Shown here in pieces: positions 1 through 13,818 of a stretch of 64,000 nt of DNA (positions are counted from its first letter, which is position 1; each line of letters opens with the position of its first letter). The notes under the pieces are model-generated. The model made no database searches and was not told the DNA's origin. It saw only the letters and a list, made by a program, of their open reading frames with translations. The translations under genes were made by a program, and so were the position numbers. The DNA lies in assembly GCA_951406725.2 (NCBI GenBank), contig OX597821.1, positions 66,712,001 to 66,776,000 on the forward strand. Direction: 5' to 3'. Source of the DNA: Octopus vulgaris (taxonomy: Eukaryota).

Positions 1-1129
1 GTTATCATTAGTGCCTGGACCAGAACGGTCAAAAGATTGAAAGCAAGAAATAATAAATAAATGAAATTCTCAATTATAAATAAATTAAATTTATGTGTAG
101 CTTTTATTCAATTTTGAAAATGAAACGTATTTTAATTAACACCGATTTTATAAGTTTTCATTGTCTGAATATGTTATAGGGATACTCTACATTATACGGG
201 TTGACCCGTTATTATTTTTATTCAGTTGTTTTTTTTGTCTGTGTGTGGGAGGGTAGGTGTGTATGTGCGTGGGTGTAGAGGTGTTCTGTTTCAATCGCTA
301 ACATTTTTGTTTCCATACTTTGAATTGGGATCCACCTATTATTACCGATTCTTTCAATATTTCGTTTTCCATTTTCTATCATTTCATACCCATCATTGAT
401 GTTGATATCCATGCTGTTGCTATTATTAATACCATTACACTATCATTTGATACCTATTTCTTTAATGGCGATTTTCCAGTTGGTTTATTGCAGATTATAA
501 TACGAAATCCATCGCAAATGGAATCCAAAGCAAAGGTTTGCTTTCGGCTTAGCGAAGAAATTCTGTTGTTTATCATGTGCTGATGGATAGCTAGAAGCAT
601 CGCTGCTGTTTCTTTTATTGTACTTGTTCTTGTGTTCGCCATTGTTGATAATGCCTGTCATTATTGCAGTGACTATGAAAATTTTGGAGAACCCATGTGG
701 TTAATGATTTTGTTTCTTTAAACATTCTGTTGCTATTGTTTAGTGTGGTAGAGGTAGGTGGAGGTAGTTATAGTTCGATTGCGTTTGGCTTCTTTTTTAA
801 TCCAGAACATCAAAAAGAAAAGGAAAAAAAAATGAAAAAATCCCACTGATGATCTATTTTAGTAAAGTGTCTGTGAAAATAACACATGTAATAACATCCC
901 ATTTATTCCCATTAACAAGGATAATTTTAGCAATTAACAAAGAAGCTATTTATGATATCTAATTGACATAACATTGGAATGGATTCTTCGATTGGATTTT
1001 AAGCGTTTTCATAAAGTTGTCGCATGTTGCATGAGATATAAAATTGGAACATCTCAAATTTAGCATTGAAAAACATGATGTTTAGGCAAAATCTCAAAGC
1101 GCATTATGTAAGTTAAACATTTTCGCAGA

Positions 1130-1456
1130 AGTAATGGCGTTTTGGGGACATTCATTTTGACGGTGCTGTAACGCACCAGATCATATATGTTCAGACTTGC
1201 TACAACTATGTGTCATGCATAGCAGTCAAGAAGACTTTGAAGATGTGGCGTTTATTTGCAGCAAGCTGCGCTCATTTCATTACTCTAGTAATGTAAGCGC
1301 CTATCTTGATGAGATTTTGCCAAACAGGGAGATTGGAAATAGAGCTTAAGTAGAGTCCTCTCCGCGTTCAGCAGACTTCACACCATAAAACATTTTCTCA
1401 TGGGGTTAAATGAAACCAGCAGCAGTCGACGAATTTCAATCGATCATTAAACGGAA
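1130..1456 (+). pseudogene. Decayed Tc1/mariner-superfamily transposase fragment (catalytic-domain C-terminal half)
   Basis: Manual translation from ~1256 gives LQQAA..HYSSNVSAYLDEILPNREIGNRA*VESSPRSADFTP*NIFSWG*MK. This matches the Tc1/mariner-type motif string QQDGAPPH..V..YLD..FP.RWIGR.G..EWPPRSPDLTP.DFFLWGY.K, with several stops. It is interrupted by the SINE at 1457. Confidence 0.7.
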
Positions 1457-1871
1457 TACTCTTTTACTCTTTTACTTGTTTCAGTCATTTGACTGTGGCC
1501 ATGCTGGAGCACAGCCTTTAGTCGAGGAAATCGACCCCAGGACTTATTCTTTGTAAGCCTAGTACTTATTCTATTGGTCTGTTTTGCGGAACCTTTTACC
1601 GAACCGAAAACACACCAGCATCGGTTGTCAGCATCGGGGTGGGGGTGGGGGCAAACACAGACACACAAACATATACACACACCCATAATATATGTATATA
1701 CATATATACGACGGGCTTCTTTCAGTTTCCGTCTACCAAATCCACACACGATGTTTAGGTCAGCCTGAGGCTATAGTACAAGACACTTGCCCAAGGTGCC
1801 ACGCAGAGGGAGTAAAGCCGGAACTATGTGGTTCGTAAGCAAGCTACTTACCACATACCCACTTCTACGCC
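1457..1871 (-). mobile_element. tRNA-derived SINE family A, full length
   Basis: The minus strand starts GGCGTAGAAGTGGGTATGTGGTAAGTAGCTTGCTTACGAACC, has an internal (TA)/(TG) tract, and ends CTCCAGCATGGCCACAGTCAAATGACTGAAACAAGTAAAAGAGTAAAAGAG. Homologous to copies at 21458, 23640 and 45540. GGAAT lies on both flanks (possible TSD). Confidence 0.9.
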
Positions 1872-2081
1872 TAGGAATGTTCACCAATATCTATTAATAA
1901 GCTGCTCAAGTTATCAGTACTTGACTGGTATAATAAACCATGCCTGCATGAATCAATTGTTCTGAAATAGCATATTGCTGCCTGATGTGAATATCAAAAC
2001 CTAAGCCCCGATCTTGCTCCACAAGAAAACGGAAAGCGCAAGTCTTTTCAGAGACAAATACGCAAATCTCACTCAATTATG

Positions 2082-2279
2082 TTTCTTATTTCTTTATTGC
2101 CCACAAGGGGCTAAATATAGAGGGGACAAACATGGACAGACAAACGGATTAAGTCGATTACATCGACCCCAGTGCGTAACTGATACTTATTTAATCGACC
2201 CCGAAAGAATGAAAGGCAAAGTCGACCTCGGCGCTAAGCATTTCGCCTAGCGTGCTAACGTTTCTGCCAGCTCGCCGCC
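2082..2279 (-). mobile_element. tRNA-derived SINE family B (internally deleted)
   Basis: Minus strand reads GGCGGCGAGCTGGCAGAAACGTTAGCACG...GAGGTCGACTTTGCCTTTCATTCTTTCGGGGTCGATTAAATAAG. Matches the copies at 25216, 35853 and elsewhere. Confidence 0.88.
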
Positions 2280-2780
2280 TTATAATTCTGTTTCGTATAT
2301 GTCAAATTATTTATGTTGATCTAATCGTTTTACACAGACACACCTTATGACAATCGAGCGAATTATAAGAGCTGCAATAAATTTACACATTAGGATGCTA
2401 CAGTGTTATCCGTTGAATGTTGTATAACTTTGGAAGTATATTTTTACTACCATGGGTAATGTCAGCAACTATGGCATATATAAAATAATTATCATTTAGA
2501 CTTTTATGAAATATCTTGGTGCCAATAGGAAATGATGAAACGGTTACTAGTTCTGAAAAGGAAAATAATTTATTACTTTAAAATAAAATTAGATAAAGCA
2601 AATTTCTCATTTGTGCATTTCTAAGCATTCGCTTATTCGTTTCACTTACTCGGGAGATAAAGTTCATTTCATTTCTTTTTTCGATTCCTGTAGCTCTAAA
2701 AGAAAAAGGTCACCGCGTTTTTCTAAAACAACGATCAATTTTTTGCGTGTGTATTTGCTGCCATTTGTGATTTTGTGTAT

Positions 2781-2915
<135 letters not shown>

Positions 2916-3061
2916 ATGGAAGGGATTAATGTATATGTGTGTGTATGACCTTCCATAACATAAAATCAACACAGAGTAATTTTTGCTAAATTAAATAAAT
3001 ATTAATATCATTATTTCTAATTCTCTCTAAAGGAGACTACGGCAGCGGTACTGGATATTAA

Positions 3062-3351
3062 TAGTTATGGCCAAGCTAACATGGCAGTCCAGAAAAATAT
3101 GACGAATGCTGCCTTTGATTAGCTCCAAGAGGCCAACGCCTCTAGCTAGCTATGTGACACACAAACCTGTGTCCATTATAACCTTCGAACAGCAGCTTCG
3201 CCTAGCTGTTCTGGCATCTCCTGTTCGAAGGTTATAATGGACGCAGGTTTGTGTGTCACATAGCAAGCGAGAGGCGATGGCCTCTTGGAGCTAATCAACG
3301 ACAGCATTCGTCCTATTTTTCTGAACTGCCATGTTAGCTTGGCCATAACTA
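3062..3351. mobile_element. Fold-back/MITE with ~130-bp inverted arms, TAG...CTA termini and TTAA flanks
   Basis: TAGTTATGGCCAAGCTAACATGGCAG...AACCTTCGAACAG pairs with CTGTTCGAAGGTT...CTGCCATGTTAGCTTGGCCATAACTA. TTAA lies at 3058-3061 and 3352-3355. Confidence 0.88.
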
Positions 3352-3644
3352 TTAATCAATAAATATTATATTTGGAAATATTTTATCAAGCATTCAACGG
3401 TAATCTTTTTCTATGTGTACAACATGGGATTTTGGAGTTCAGCTCTGATTAACTAGGTCTCTACGGTTTTCCCCGAATCTGCCTTTATCTGCACAACTGT
3501 CATCCTTTCACATTCTATTGTTCCCTTATGTATTTGGTAACGTAACGTGAAACACGTTAACTGTACTTATTACATGTGTTGTTGATACTTTCACCGTTAT
3601 GACACCCTGAATATTACTGTCTCGGGACCCAAGATACATAGGGA

Positions 3645-3870
3645 GTGATACCCGGTTTCCATGGCATAAAGCAGCTGAGATCATAACATCCCATCACATG
3701 ATAATGCTAGATAGCTGCAGGATTAGATATTTACAGCTGAGCGAACTGTAGTAGCGCGAAATGAAGTTCTTAGCCCAAGAACACAACGTACCACCCTGAC
3801 CGAGAACCGAAACCACAATCTTACGATCACGAGTAGTATATCCCTTAACAACTAGGCCAAAGCGCCTTCT
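3645..3870 (-). mobile_element. Diverged SINE family C copy
   Basis: CCCGGTTTCCATGGC...GAAATGAAG...AAGAACACAACG...CGAAACCACAATCTTACGATCA aligns with 8780-9281. Confidence 0.7.
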
Positions 3871-4350
3871 CTTCCATTGTTAGCTATTTCACAAGATCCA
3901 TTTATTTACCAATGATTCTCCAGGTTCGCAGCAGTCACCGAACATCACGATAATGAAAGATAATTATGGAGAGGTGTTTTTGAGACAGCTGATTTTCTGT
4001 AGAGAAACTCTAGCCTTAACGTCTAAAAATTGACCGATATTATAGTATTGTTAATTCTGACAAGAAAGCTTTCCCAACCTTATTTTAGACCAGCGTTAAA
4101 TATTGGATTTTCACCGTTTCACTGGGTGTTGTAGCAGATTTATCATTGATGTCGATAAATTTGATTAGAACGCAGTAGCTGAAGGCTTGGGCATGTTTGC
4201 GGGAAAAACATAAAAAGTAGGTAAGTTATAATTCGGCAGCCAGTTGCTAACGAATTCAAGGAAATCCATGGAAATCTATCTTCTGAATCATAAATAATCT
4301 CGGCTGATGTTGAAATATTGAGCGGATTAAGCTCTAGTTGATTGATAAGA

Positions 4351-4390
<40 letters not shown>

Positions 4391-4650
4391 ACGCACACGC
4401 ACACGCACAGATGGACACACAGAGACACATACACGGATGGACGCAAACACACACACAGACATTGTATATGTGCGTATGTGTGTGTGTGTGCGTGTGTACG
4501 TGGGTGGTGGTTGTATGGATATGTATATATATATATACCATTATCCGTATATATGTATATCTATATGCACATACACATGCATACGATGTGCATGTACGTA
4601 GATACATACGTATAAACATGCACACACACACATATATATATGCATATGTA

Positions 4651-4693
<43 letters not shown>

Positions 4694-4704
4694 ATATTTA
4701 TCTA

Positions 4705-4774
<70 letters not shown>

Positions 4775-4901
4775 TATATTTATATATACACATGAAAGCA
4801 GACATCACACATATACGTATGGATACTAATCTAATAAATCCGAACAGTCTCGCGACGATGATGTTAGCGGTGAAAATTATGATATATAGGTGCGTAGAAG
4901 T

Positions 4902-4942
<41 letters not shown>

Positions 4943-5095
4943 TATATATATGTATGTATGTATATATATGAATATATATATACATATATATTTATATGTA
5001 TATATATAAATTTATATATACACACTCATATATGTATATATATATATATATTTATGCATATATAAGTATATATGTATATACATATCTCTGTATAT
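4351..5095. repeat. Compound (CA)n/(TCTA)n/(TC)n/(TA)n microsatellite field
   Basis: Directly visible. Confidence 0.95.
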
Positions 5096-5668
5096 AGTTC
5101 GAATGTTTTACCGTGACTTGACAGTGACACTGGATGATTTATTCTGGTGATGGAGAAAGAAAATTAGTAGAGAAAAATTGTGGACAGGGAAGAATAGAGG
5201 ATTAAAAAAAGGGAGAAAATACGAAAATTATCCCGGATATGTCTTGCAAGATATGAAATAATCAGACGAATTTACTATCACGTTGTATGGTATAATTATT
5301 ACACAAGAGACTGCAGATTGACTGGTGTCTAAGCATTAATTCACAGATTCATACACGCGCATAAACATCTACAGTAAATCGTAAAGTATTCAAGACAAGA
5401 GAAACGTTTGGTGCAAGTTTTTCAAATTTTTAACGAATCTGAATGGATGTTAAAACATCATCTGTTAAACATGAGCTTCCGATTTTCCATCAGAGACAGT
5501 AACTTCATTTTAGCCGACATTGTGAAAAATATATGCCTATAACCAGCGCTTCTCAACAATCGTGCCATGTGGAATATGACAAGGACTTAAATGCAATGGC
5601 TGGATTCCTTCCAACATGGACCAGTGTGTGCATTGTTATACACACACAGAGAAGCATATAATATAATA

Positions 5669-5710
<42 letters not shown>

Positions 5711-5960
5711 AGAGCGTTTTAGTTTTCTTGAAATATTGTAATATCGAAGATGTTAAAAAGAGAGAAAATAGAAAGCTTCTGACAAAACGGAAAGTTTTAT
5801 AAAACCTTTACATCTCAGGTGCAAAGGCCCATTTTCAGATGGTATATACATACATATAAATATATATTATATAATGGGTCGTGGGTAAGGCCAGAACAAA
5901 TGGAAGTAAATACAAGGCAAATCACAAGAAAATAAATATATGAATTCATGTAGAATAACC

Positions 5961-6237
5961 TTGCATTCACTATTTCGGGGTTATGACCCCATCCTTAGGA
6001 AATTTACGAATGTTGGAGATGTACGTGCATGTAGGTGTGTGTGGAGTAGACATGCGTGGTAAGTTGTTGCTATAGCAACCAGCTAGCTTCCTGTAACGCT
6101 CTTCTGTTGTTGATACTTGGTTTCCTTTAGTGTATAAGTATTGCCTCGGAGGCTATAGCAATAACTTTACGCTCACATCTGCATCATTCGTTAATTCCCC
6201 GTGAATAGGCTCATAATACCCGAAATATTGAATGCAA
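5961..6237. repeat. Old inverted repeat pair with degenerate hammerhead-like motif (inverted PLE pLTR remnant)
   Basis: 5961-6012 reverse-complements to CATTCGTAAATTTC-CTAAGGA-TGGGGTCATAACCCC-GAAATAGTGAATGCAA. This aligns with 6185-6237 CATTCGTTAATTCC...TCATAATACCC-GAAATATTGAATGCAA. Confidence 0.6.
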
Positions 6238-6296
6238 AGTAAGTTTGCCTTAATTCTCTTTTACTGGTGGTTTTACTCGAAGGAGATTTTTTGACT

Positions 6297-6628
6297 AAGA
6301 ACTGCGTGTACTTCATCCCATGCAGCTGTGGTAGGTCATGCAAAAGCGAAACATGCCGCGCCCCCTCAAAATAAGGTTAGAGGAACATCGCAAAGTTGTG
6401 ACAAGGGGAGATATTGATGAATTGGGTTTAGCTGATCATGTATGGAAAAATGGAGACCAGCCCTCCCAGTCGGATGAAGTTAAAGTAATAGACAGAGAAC
6501 ACCACTGGAAAATACGAAAACTAAAAGAAAACACATACGAAAACACATTTGCTAGGACACAACAACCTCCTAAGCAGATAGAGTTCAGATATGAACAGCA
6601 TATGGGAACCGGTATTAAGGAAGGATAG
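6297..6628 (+). pseudogene. Penelope-like element GIY-YIG endonuclease C-terminal remnant
   Basis: With one frameshift it reads KNCVYFIPCSCGRSCKSETCR/PLKIRLEEHRKVVTRGDIDELGLADHVWKNG...DEVKVIDREHHWKIRKLKE. This matches the Penelope/Poseidon-type VVY.IPCSCG..YIGET.R.L..RL.EH motif. Confidence 0.82.
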
Positions 6629-6676
6629 CAGAATATTAGACTTATAAGCCCTAAAATTCATTCCATAACTGCCCAC

Positions 6677-6737
6677 GAGCATATGGCGCAGTGGTTAAGA
6701 GCGCGGGCTACTAACCCCAAGATTCCGAGTTCGAATT
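6677..6737 (+). promoter_or_regulatory. tRNA-like sequence with Pol III A and B boxes (not a functional tRNA)
   Basis: A-box TGGCGCAGTGG, anticodon-like arm GGG-CTACTAA-CCC, B-box GAGTTCGAATT. No complete acceptor stem. Confidence 0.65.
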
Positions 6738-7429
6738 ATTATTCAGTGACCTTAATAATAATGCCGTATATATTACAGAGGCGAATCTAAGGACAATGTA
6801 TTTAGTGACCCAAAAGACCCGAGCGAGGAATGTATATCAGTACCTTTTGGAATAGGCTCAGCTTTTGAAATCAGATCGTAAATATATTTCGTTGTTCCTG
6901 ATGATAGCTATCATTGCAGATTTCGTTTTTGTTTCCATTTAATACCAAGTGGTCCACTTGGACTAAATATTTCTAAGTACTAGTCTCAACTTTTCTTCTA
7001 AATACAGCCCTTAAATACTGCAACACATACTGACGTTAATGGATGTTAAATAGGTAAAATTGAAGAACAAGGCAAATACAAAAATTGACGTCACGAATTA
7101 ATACAAGAAATCGAGGAATTGTTCGCTGTATATAATACCGTCAAGTTCGTAATATCTCGTGCAAAATGGAGGAATGAATAAATAATCTGATGCAGTGATT
7201 TCCTGCGGAAACACATAAGACTGATTTTACCAGTTTAACCCTAGCATTTGTCAGTGGATAATCCACAGGTCATGGCTTTAAGTTTCTGATCTTCACTCAT
7301 AACTATGCACGAAGGCCCCATAAAAAGGTCAAAGGTGTAAACACGTTTTCTCTCCCTCTTTTTCTTTTACTTTCTCTCTCCCTCCCGCTGTGACAAAACA
7401 ATAAGTATGTGCTTGTTACTGTGTATGTG

Positions 7430-8145
<716 letters not shown>

Positions 8146-8779
8146 AATACCTTATCGATTGGACGCTGAATTTCCGACATTTTCAAGAATTAAGTATATT
8201 TATGTAAGAAAATTCACTTTGATGTCATTTTGGATTGATAATGACTGCGATTGTATTAGGTTCAGGCAAGCGGAAGCAATCTCGTTTGTTGCAATGCTGA
8301 AACTAGACAAGTTAGACAGAGCTTAGCAAAAAGCCTTTATCCATCCATGCTCATGGTATTACTATCTGATTATCAGATAATTTCTTCTGACAATATCTAC
8401 AGAAACTGTTATATATGCATTGATATACATGGTACACACGCACATACACACTTCCATGCGTTTGTACATATATTCGCAAATATGAAAGAAGATTCATCTG
8501 TACGCACTCTCATTCAAACACATATGCGTATAAATACATATGTAATATATCATTGCTTATTCGCACAGAAATAAATTTCGTAGTGTGTTTTGGTGTATTT
8601 ATGAATGAATGTATACTTGGGGAGGACATTTTCTTTTCTTATAGCAACCACTATATAATATGCAATTAGAAATTGTAAGCTATGGGAAATAACTCAAGTA
8701 GGACAATGGTATGAATTTAGATTATTCAGCTAGGCACTACTGTACTGAATGATGTAATAAATAATAATAATAATAATAA

Positions 8780-9281
8780 ATGCGCCCTTTTCAAGCCTAG
8801 CCAGGCTCATGGTCGCGGTTTCCCGGTTTCAATGGCGTATGTGTTCCCCATCTGGTTGGGACGCCAGTCCATCGCAGCGTTACTCATATTTGCCAGCCGA
8901 GTGTACTGGAGCAACGTGAAATGTAGTGTTTTGCTCAAGAACACAACGCGTAGCCCGGTCCAGGAATCGAAACCTCAATCTTACGATCATGATGCTGATA
9001 CACTAACCACTAAGCCACGCGCCTCCACGAATGCGCCCTTTTTTAAAGCCTAGCCAGGCTCATAGGCCCGGTTTCCCGGTTTCAATGGCGTATGTGTTCC
9101 CCAGGTGGAAGGGATGTCAGTCCATCGCAGTGTTACTCATTTTTGCCAGCTGAGTGGACTGGAGCAACGTGAAATGAGATGTTTTGTTCAAGGACATAAC
9201 GCTTCGCCCGGTCCAGGAATCGAAACCACAATCTTACGATCATGATGCTGACACCCTAACCATTAAGCCACGCGCCTCCAC
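8780..9281 (-). mobile_element. Two head-to-tail copies of tRNA-derived SINE family C (8780-9028, 9031-9281)
   Basis: Each unit begins (minus) GTGGAGGCGCGTGGCTTA(G/A)TGGTTAG with B-box GTTTCGATTCC, contains CTGCGATGGACTG and ends AAAAGGGCGCAT. An (AAT)n tract adjoins at 8756-8779. Confidence 0.9.
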
Positions 9282-12200
9282 TTTTAACGGACGAAATGCA
9301 GCTAAGCATTTTCGTTCGGTGTGCTAACGATTTTACCAGCTCGCCATAAGCTTACTGAATGATGTACGCAAAAATAATTCTAAATTCATGGAAATGTTCC
9401 TGTTAGTAATGGAAAGTAAACCAAAGAAACTTAGTGCCAACTGTTAGAGACTATTAAAGATCAGTGAAGATAATTTCCCCAAATTCCAGTTTGATTTAAT
9501 TTCACATAAAATTAAAATTTCAAAATTATTAGCGGTGATTCCAAAAACACCTACATTCCCCTGTTGAATTCTATCACATCCAAAACATATCCGTAGCTTT
9601 CAATTACAATTTCCTGGTTAAAAAGCCATCATGCTTTTTCCCAAAACATTGAAATTTACTTTTCTGTAAAACTCATTTAAATGTTTTCAAAATGTTGCTT
9701 CTTTTGCTCTGCTGTACGGATTTTATTTTCATTCATTTAGAATTTCTTTTACATATTTTATGCTCAATTCGTCAGCTTAACAAAATTACCTACACAATAC
9801 AGCATTAAATATATTGAAATATTTAGAAATATTTATCCAAAATGTGTACACTTGAATGATACAACCCTACGTTCATAGTTATATTGCATGATATAAAAAG
9901 GAATGAATGAAATCCAAAAGAACCATTAAATATTCACGAGAATTGCAATATCTCTAAACACAATGTAGAAGTATTGAACTATTTCTTATTGGGATAGTGC
10001 AATGGAATCAGTACCATTGTTAGTAATTCCCACTGGAATTCGTTTGGGTAAAGTTAATTATATCAAATTCTGTAACTTAGTGTTACTTACTGTTTTCGAT
10101 CTTGACTTAGTTTGAACTTGGAGAGCAGTTGAGGATGTAATTGCCGCCGCCAAAACACCTCACACCACAATTACTACTTCAATCACCACCAAAGTTGTTG
10201 TCGTAATCATCAACATATTCCCCGCTCCTCCTCCTCCTCCTGCTCATCATCATCATCATCATCATTATCATCAAATAATGATGAACATTATGAGTGTGCG
10301 GGCGTGTGTTTGCGTGCATGCGTGCGTGTGTATGTGTGTGTGTGTGTGTGTGTGATAACTGTTTTACAGGCATCAGACATCATCGACGCCCCTCAGTTAG
10401 TCTGGAGATTCATGATTTTTTTCTCTTTGGAAAATATAAACAGTTCTATTCCTCTGATATATCTACAGACTATTCTGTAACTGCTTTGGCTTTCCTGAGC
10501 TTATATTTAATGCGTTCGACATATTTAACCGTTAAACAGGAGGACTGCTTCATGTGACAAAGATTATCCACTCACTCATCAAAGGGGCTTCATGCGCCAT
10601 CTTTATGTATCCGCTCTTATCTGAAACTTGTATGTCCTACCTACAACTCTGTCGATCGACAACTGGTTCTCTAACAGAAATGCACAGATATTTATGAATC
10701 AGGACCGGAGTTTACCGGAGTTTAATGATTAACATTGTTGTCATTTTAGACCGGAGTTGACCGGAGTTTACATAAACTTAATTTATTGTTTATAAAGCAA
10801 CACAGTGTTCATCTCAGCAGAATACCGAGTTATTCTTCTGCATAATATAAGTTCATCTATTTTACGAGTTGTGATATTTTAAAGTGAAAGAGTATGTATG
10901 CATGATAAAAAAAAACATCCAAACAGTTTCTTCACAACCACCAGAGCGCTTCGCGCTCCTCTCGATCGCAGGTCCGTGAGATGGCTGTGATCTGTAAACA
11001 ATTCTGAATAGGGACCGGAAAGAGAAGTATGAGCACGCAATGCACATGTGTACACTGAATTCGTAAAACGGAAGAGAATAATAAAAAGCAATGTAAAACA
11101 AGTTATGATTGTCTGCATGCCACTATCATACAGCTTTGATGCAATTTTCTTGTTGAAGTTATACTTGAATCGTAGCCATTGAGCACCGTGTCTCTATACG
11201 ATTTAAGACAGCAGCAAATGTTCTTCATAAAGCACCCAACCTTCCCCAAAAATTATGTTTAGAAAAATATTATTATCAGCACAACGAAATTTGTTAAATA
11301 GCAATTTTTAAAAATATTTATCGAAAATATTCTCCGATAAATTCAGTAAACATAAAAAGAAATCTAGCAAAATAATGCGGAAAAAGAAAGGAAATTTCTA
11401 ACCTAAAGTGGAACTCACCTGCTGGAACTCACGAATCTACCCCTCGGAATCCTTGTTAAGAATTAACGATTTAAACATTTGTTTCATAGAAACGTTTTGA
11501 TTTCATTTAATATGCACTCAGTTCTTACCGTTCGTGTACAAACACATAAAGAAATTCTGAGGCACTTCTCCGATAAATATGCCGCAATTATTTTTAAAAT
11601 ATATATACAGCAGGTAAGCATAAAGACAGAAATATTGTCTTAGTAATGGAGTGAATAAGTAACCGGAAATTGACGAATGGTTTAACGTTTTCCTCTGTCG
11701 TATGTCGTGTTCGTATCTCTTAACGCAAGAAACAGTGAATAACAATATGAATAATAACATAAATAACAATACATACGAATTCAAAGTAAAAATTGCATAT
11801 TTGCTACATACTTACTGGACAATTTTGATAGCGTCTTCCTCATTTCTCACTTCTATAGTAAGCAGACATTTGCAGATTGCTTGTTTGATGTAAAAGTTTC
11901 TGTATATACGTATATAAAGAACCATTTATTACAATATTCTCGTTCTAATTAAGATTTATGCTTGTATATGAACTAGCTTACATGGAAAATCAATCAGTTC
12001 TGAATAATAAGAATTCTTAAAAGCATCTGAATACAAAACAATTTAATGGATGTTTAGTGAACTAGGTGATTTCAAACGAGCTGTCAGTTGGAGGAGTTAC
12101 AAAATTTGATGTGTCCCATGTAAGTAACGTACAAAAGAGAGAGAAACTTGCTAACGCTTATGTTTTATCGATTGATGATTTGGCAAAAATAATCGGATCA

Positions 12201-12680
12201 ATTGGACAAAGCGAAAGAAAGCCACCGCGTTTACATACTGTAACGAGGTGACCCTGATTTATATATACGCATTTAAGTGTAGTTGTAGGCTTATACATTT
12301 GATACAGAGTACCAATTGTATCCCCCTTCGCAATCGTGGCACTCCGTCGGTTACGACGAAGCGCGTTCCTGTTGGTCCGGAGCAGTACCTATGGGCAGCT
12401 TACAGCCTGGTCGGGGGCAAAGAAGAATAGGCTTTACGGCCGAAATGTGTATATATTTATAATGATTGACATTGTTGTCATTTTAGACGAATTGCAAGAG
12501 GTTCATGGCCTCATCTAATGTATTGTTAAAGAACAATGTTATAGAGAAACAGAGGGTCGGCGGGCGCTTTCTGTCTTCTCTCATCCTTATCATTCATTAT
12601 CATTCATTTCATTAATGTCTTGTCCAGACCGCAAAGCTACACAATATATGTACTGTCTCCATGACAAATTTAATGAAATA

Positions 12681-12737
12681 AAGTAGCTTGCTTACCAACC
12701 ACATGGTTCCGGGTTCAGTCCCATTGCGTGGCACCTT
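12681..12737 (+). mobile_element. SINE family A 5' fragment
   Basis: AAGTAGCTTGCTTACCAACCACATGGTTCCGGGTTCAGTCCCATTGCGTGGCACCTTG matches the family A head. Confidence 0.8.
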
Positions 12738-13198
12738 GTTCGACAGTGTAAGAATTTCCCTCGTCAATGATGTTTGTTGTTCATTATCTCCGAGAAAGTG
12801 GAAGGCTCCAATTAAATCCAGTTCGATCAGGACTTTTTTAAGTAAATCCATGATTATAAAGAATGGTTAAATGGCACAGCATCCTATGAAGAAGGAAAAA
12901 TTTGTTATACAGTACTCCATATTGACGGAAAATGAAATTGAATGGTAGCAGATCCAAAGCTTTGCTAATACTGACAGGCTGATTAACGATAAATTCTAGC
13001 GAGAGAAAAGATAGATAGGTAAGAGATTTGTATTAGATATATATTCTTCGGTATATTCAGGGGTATAGATTCTGGAGGGAGAATGAATACTAGCAGTTTC
13101 AAAGTTGTTGAATATTGAAAGAAAGTATAAAACTACGTATTGGTATTAGCTATACTTCCTCTATCTGTTTGAGTCAACCTGACGAAAATTCTTCGTAT

Positions 13199-13243
<45 letters not shown>

Positions 13244-13685
13244 CAACATGTGTGTGTGTGTACACACACGTATATGCCTATATGTTTATGTATGCATACA
13301 TACATACATACATACATACATACATACATACATACATACATACATGCACATTCGAACATATACATTCATACTTGAAAAGAGAAGGATACTAGGTGGGGGA
13401 AACACAGGAAAAGAGAATCAGGACTTTTATGAACCTGGAGTTTGTTGGTTAGACCCAGCAGATGCAGTAAACTTGTAATGCTGAATACATTTTGTGTTCA
13501 GTTTACAGGATTTTATGAAAATATCATTCATATATAGATTAAGATTGGAAGACCATCTTGGTCTCATCGTTACTTTCACAAATAACCATCAAAAATGAGA
13601 TTCGGATTTGATGTTCATACCTCTTTTGTTTTAGACACGGGCAGTGTGGAGGTCATTCATATATTTCATTCATTCAGATTGTTGT

Positions 13686-13719
<34 letters not shown>

Positions 13720-13818
13720 TGTATGTATGTATGTATGTATGTATGTACGTATTCATGCATGAGCATATGTCTTCATGTCTGTCTGTATGTGTTCATGTCG
13801 TGTATATATATAAATTAT

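Noticed and set aside
6677-6737. Functional tRNA-Ser(ACT) gene
   Set aside because: No acceptor stem or intact T-arm pairing; treated as a tRNA-derived module.
6899-6930. Isolated CTGANGA words (also 13178, 16495, 22179, 26134, 52480)
   Set aside because: No downstream GAAA with stems I and III; expected by chance.
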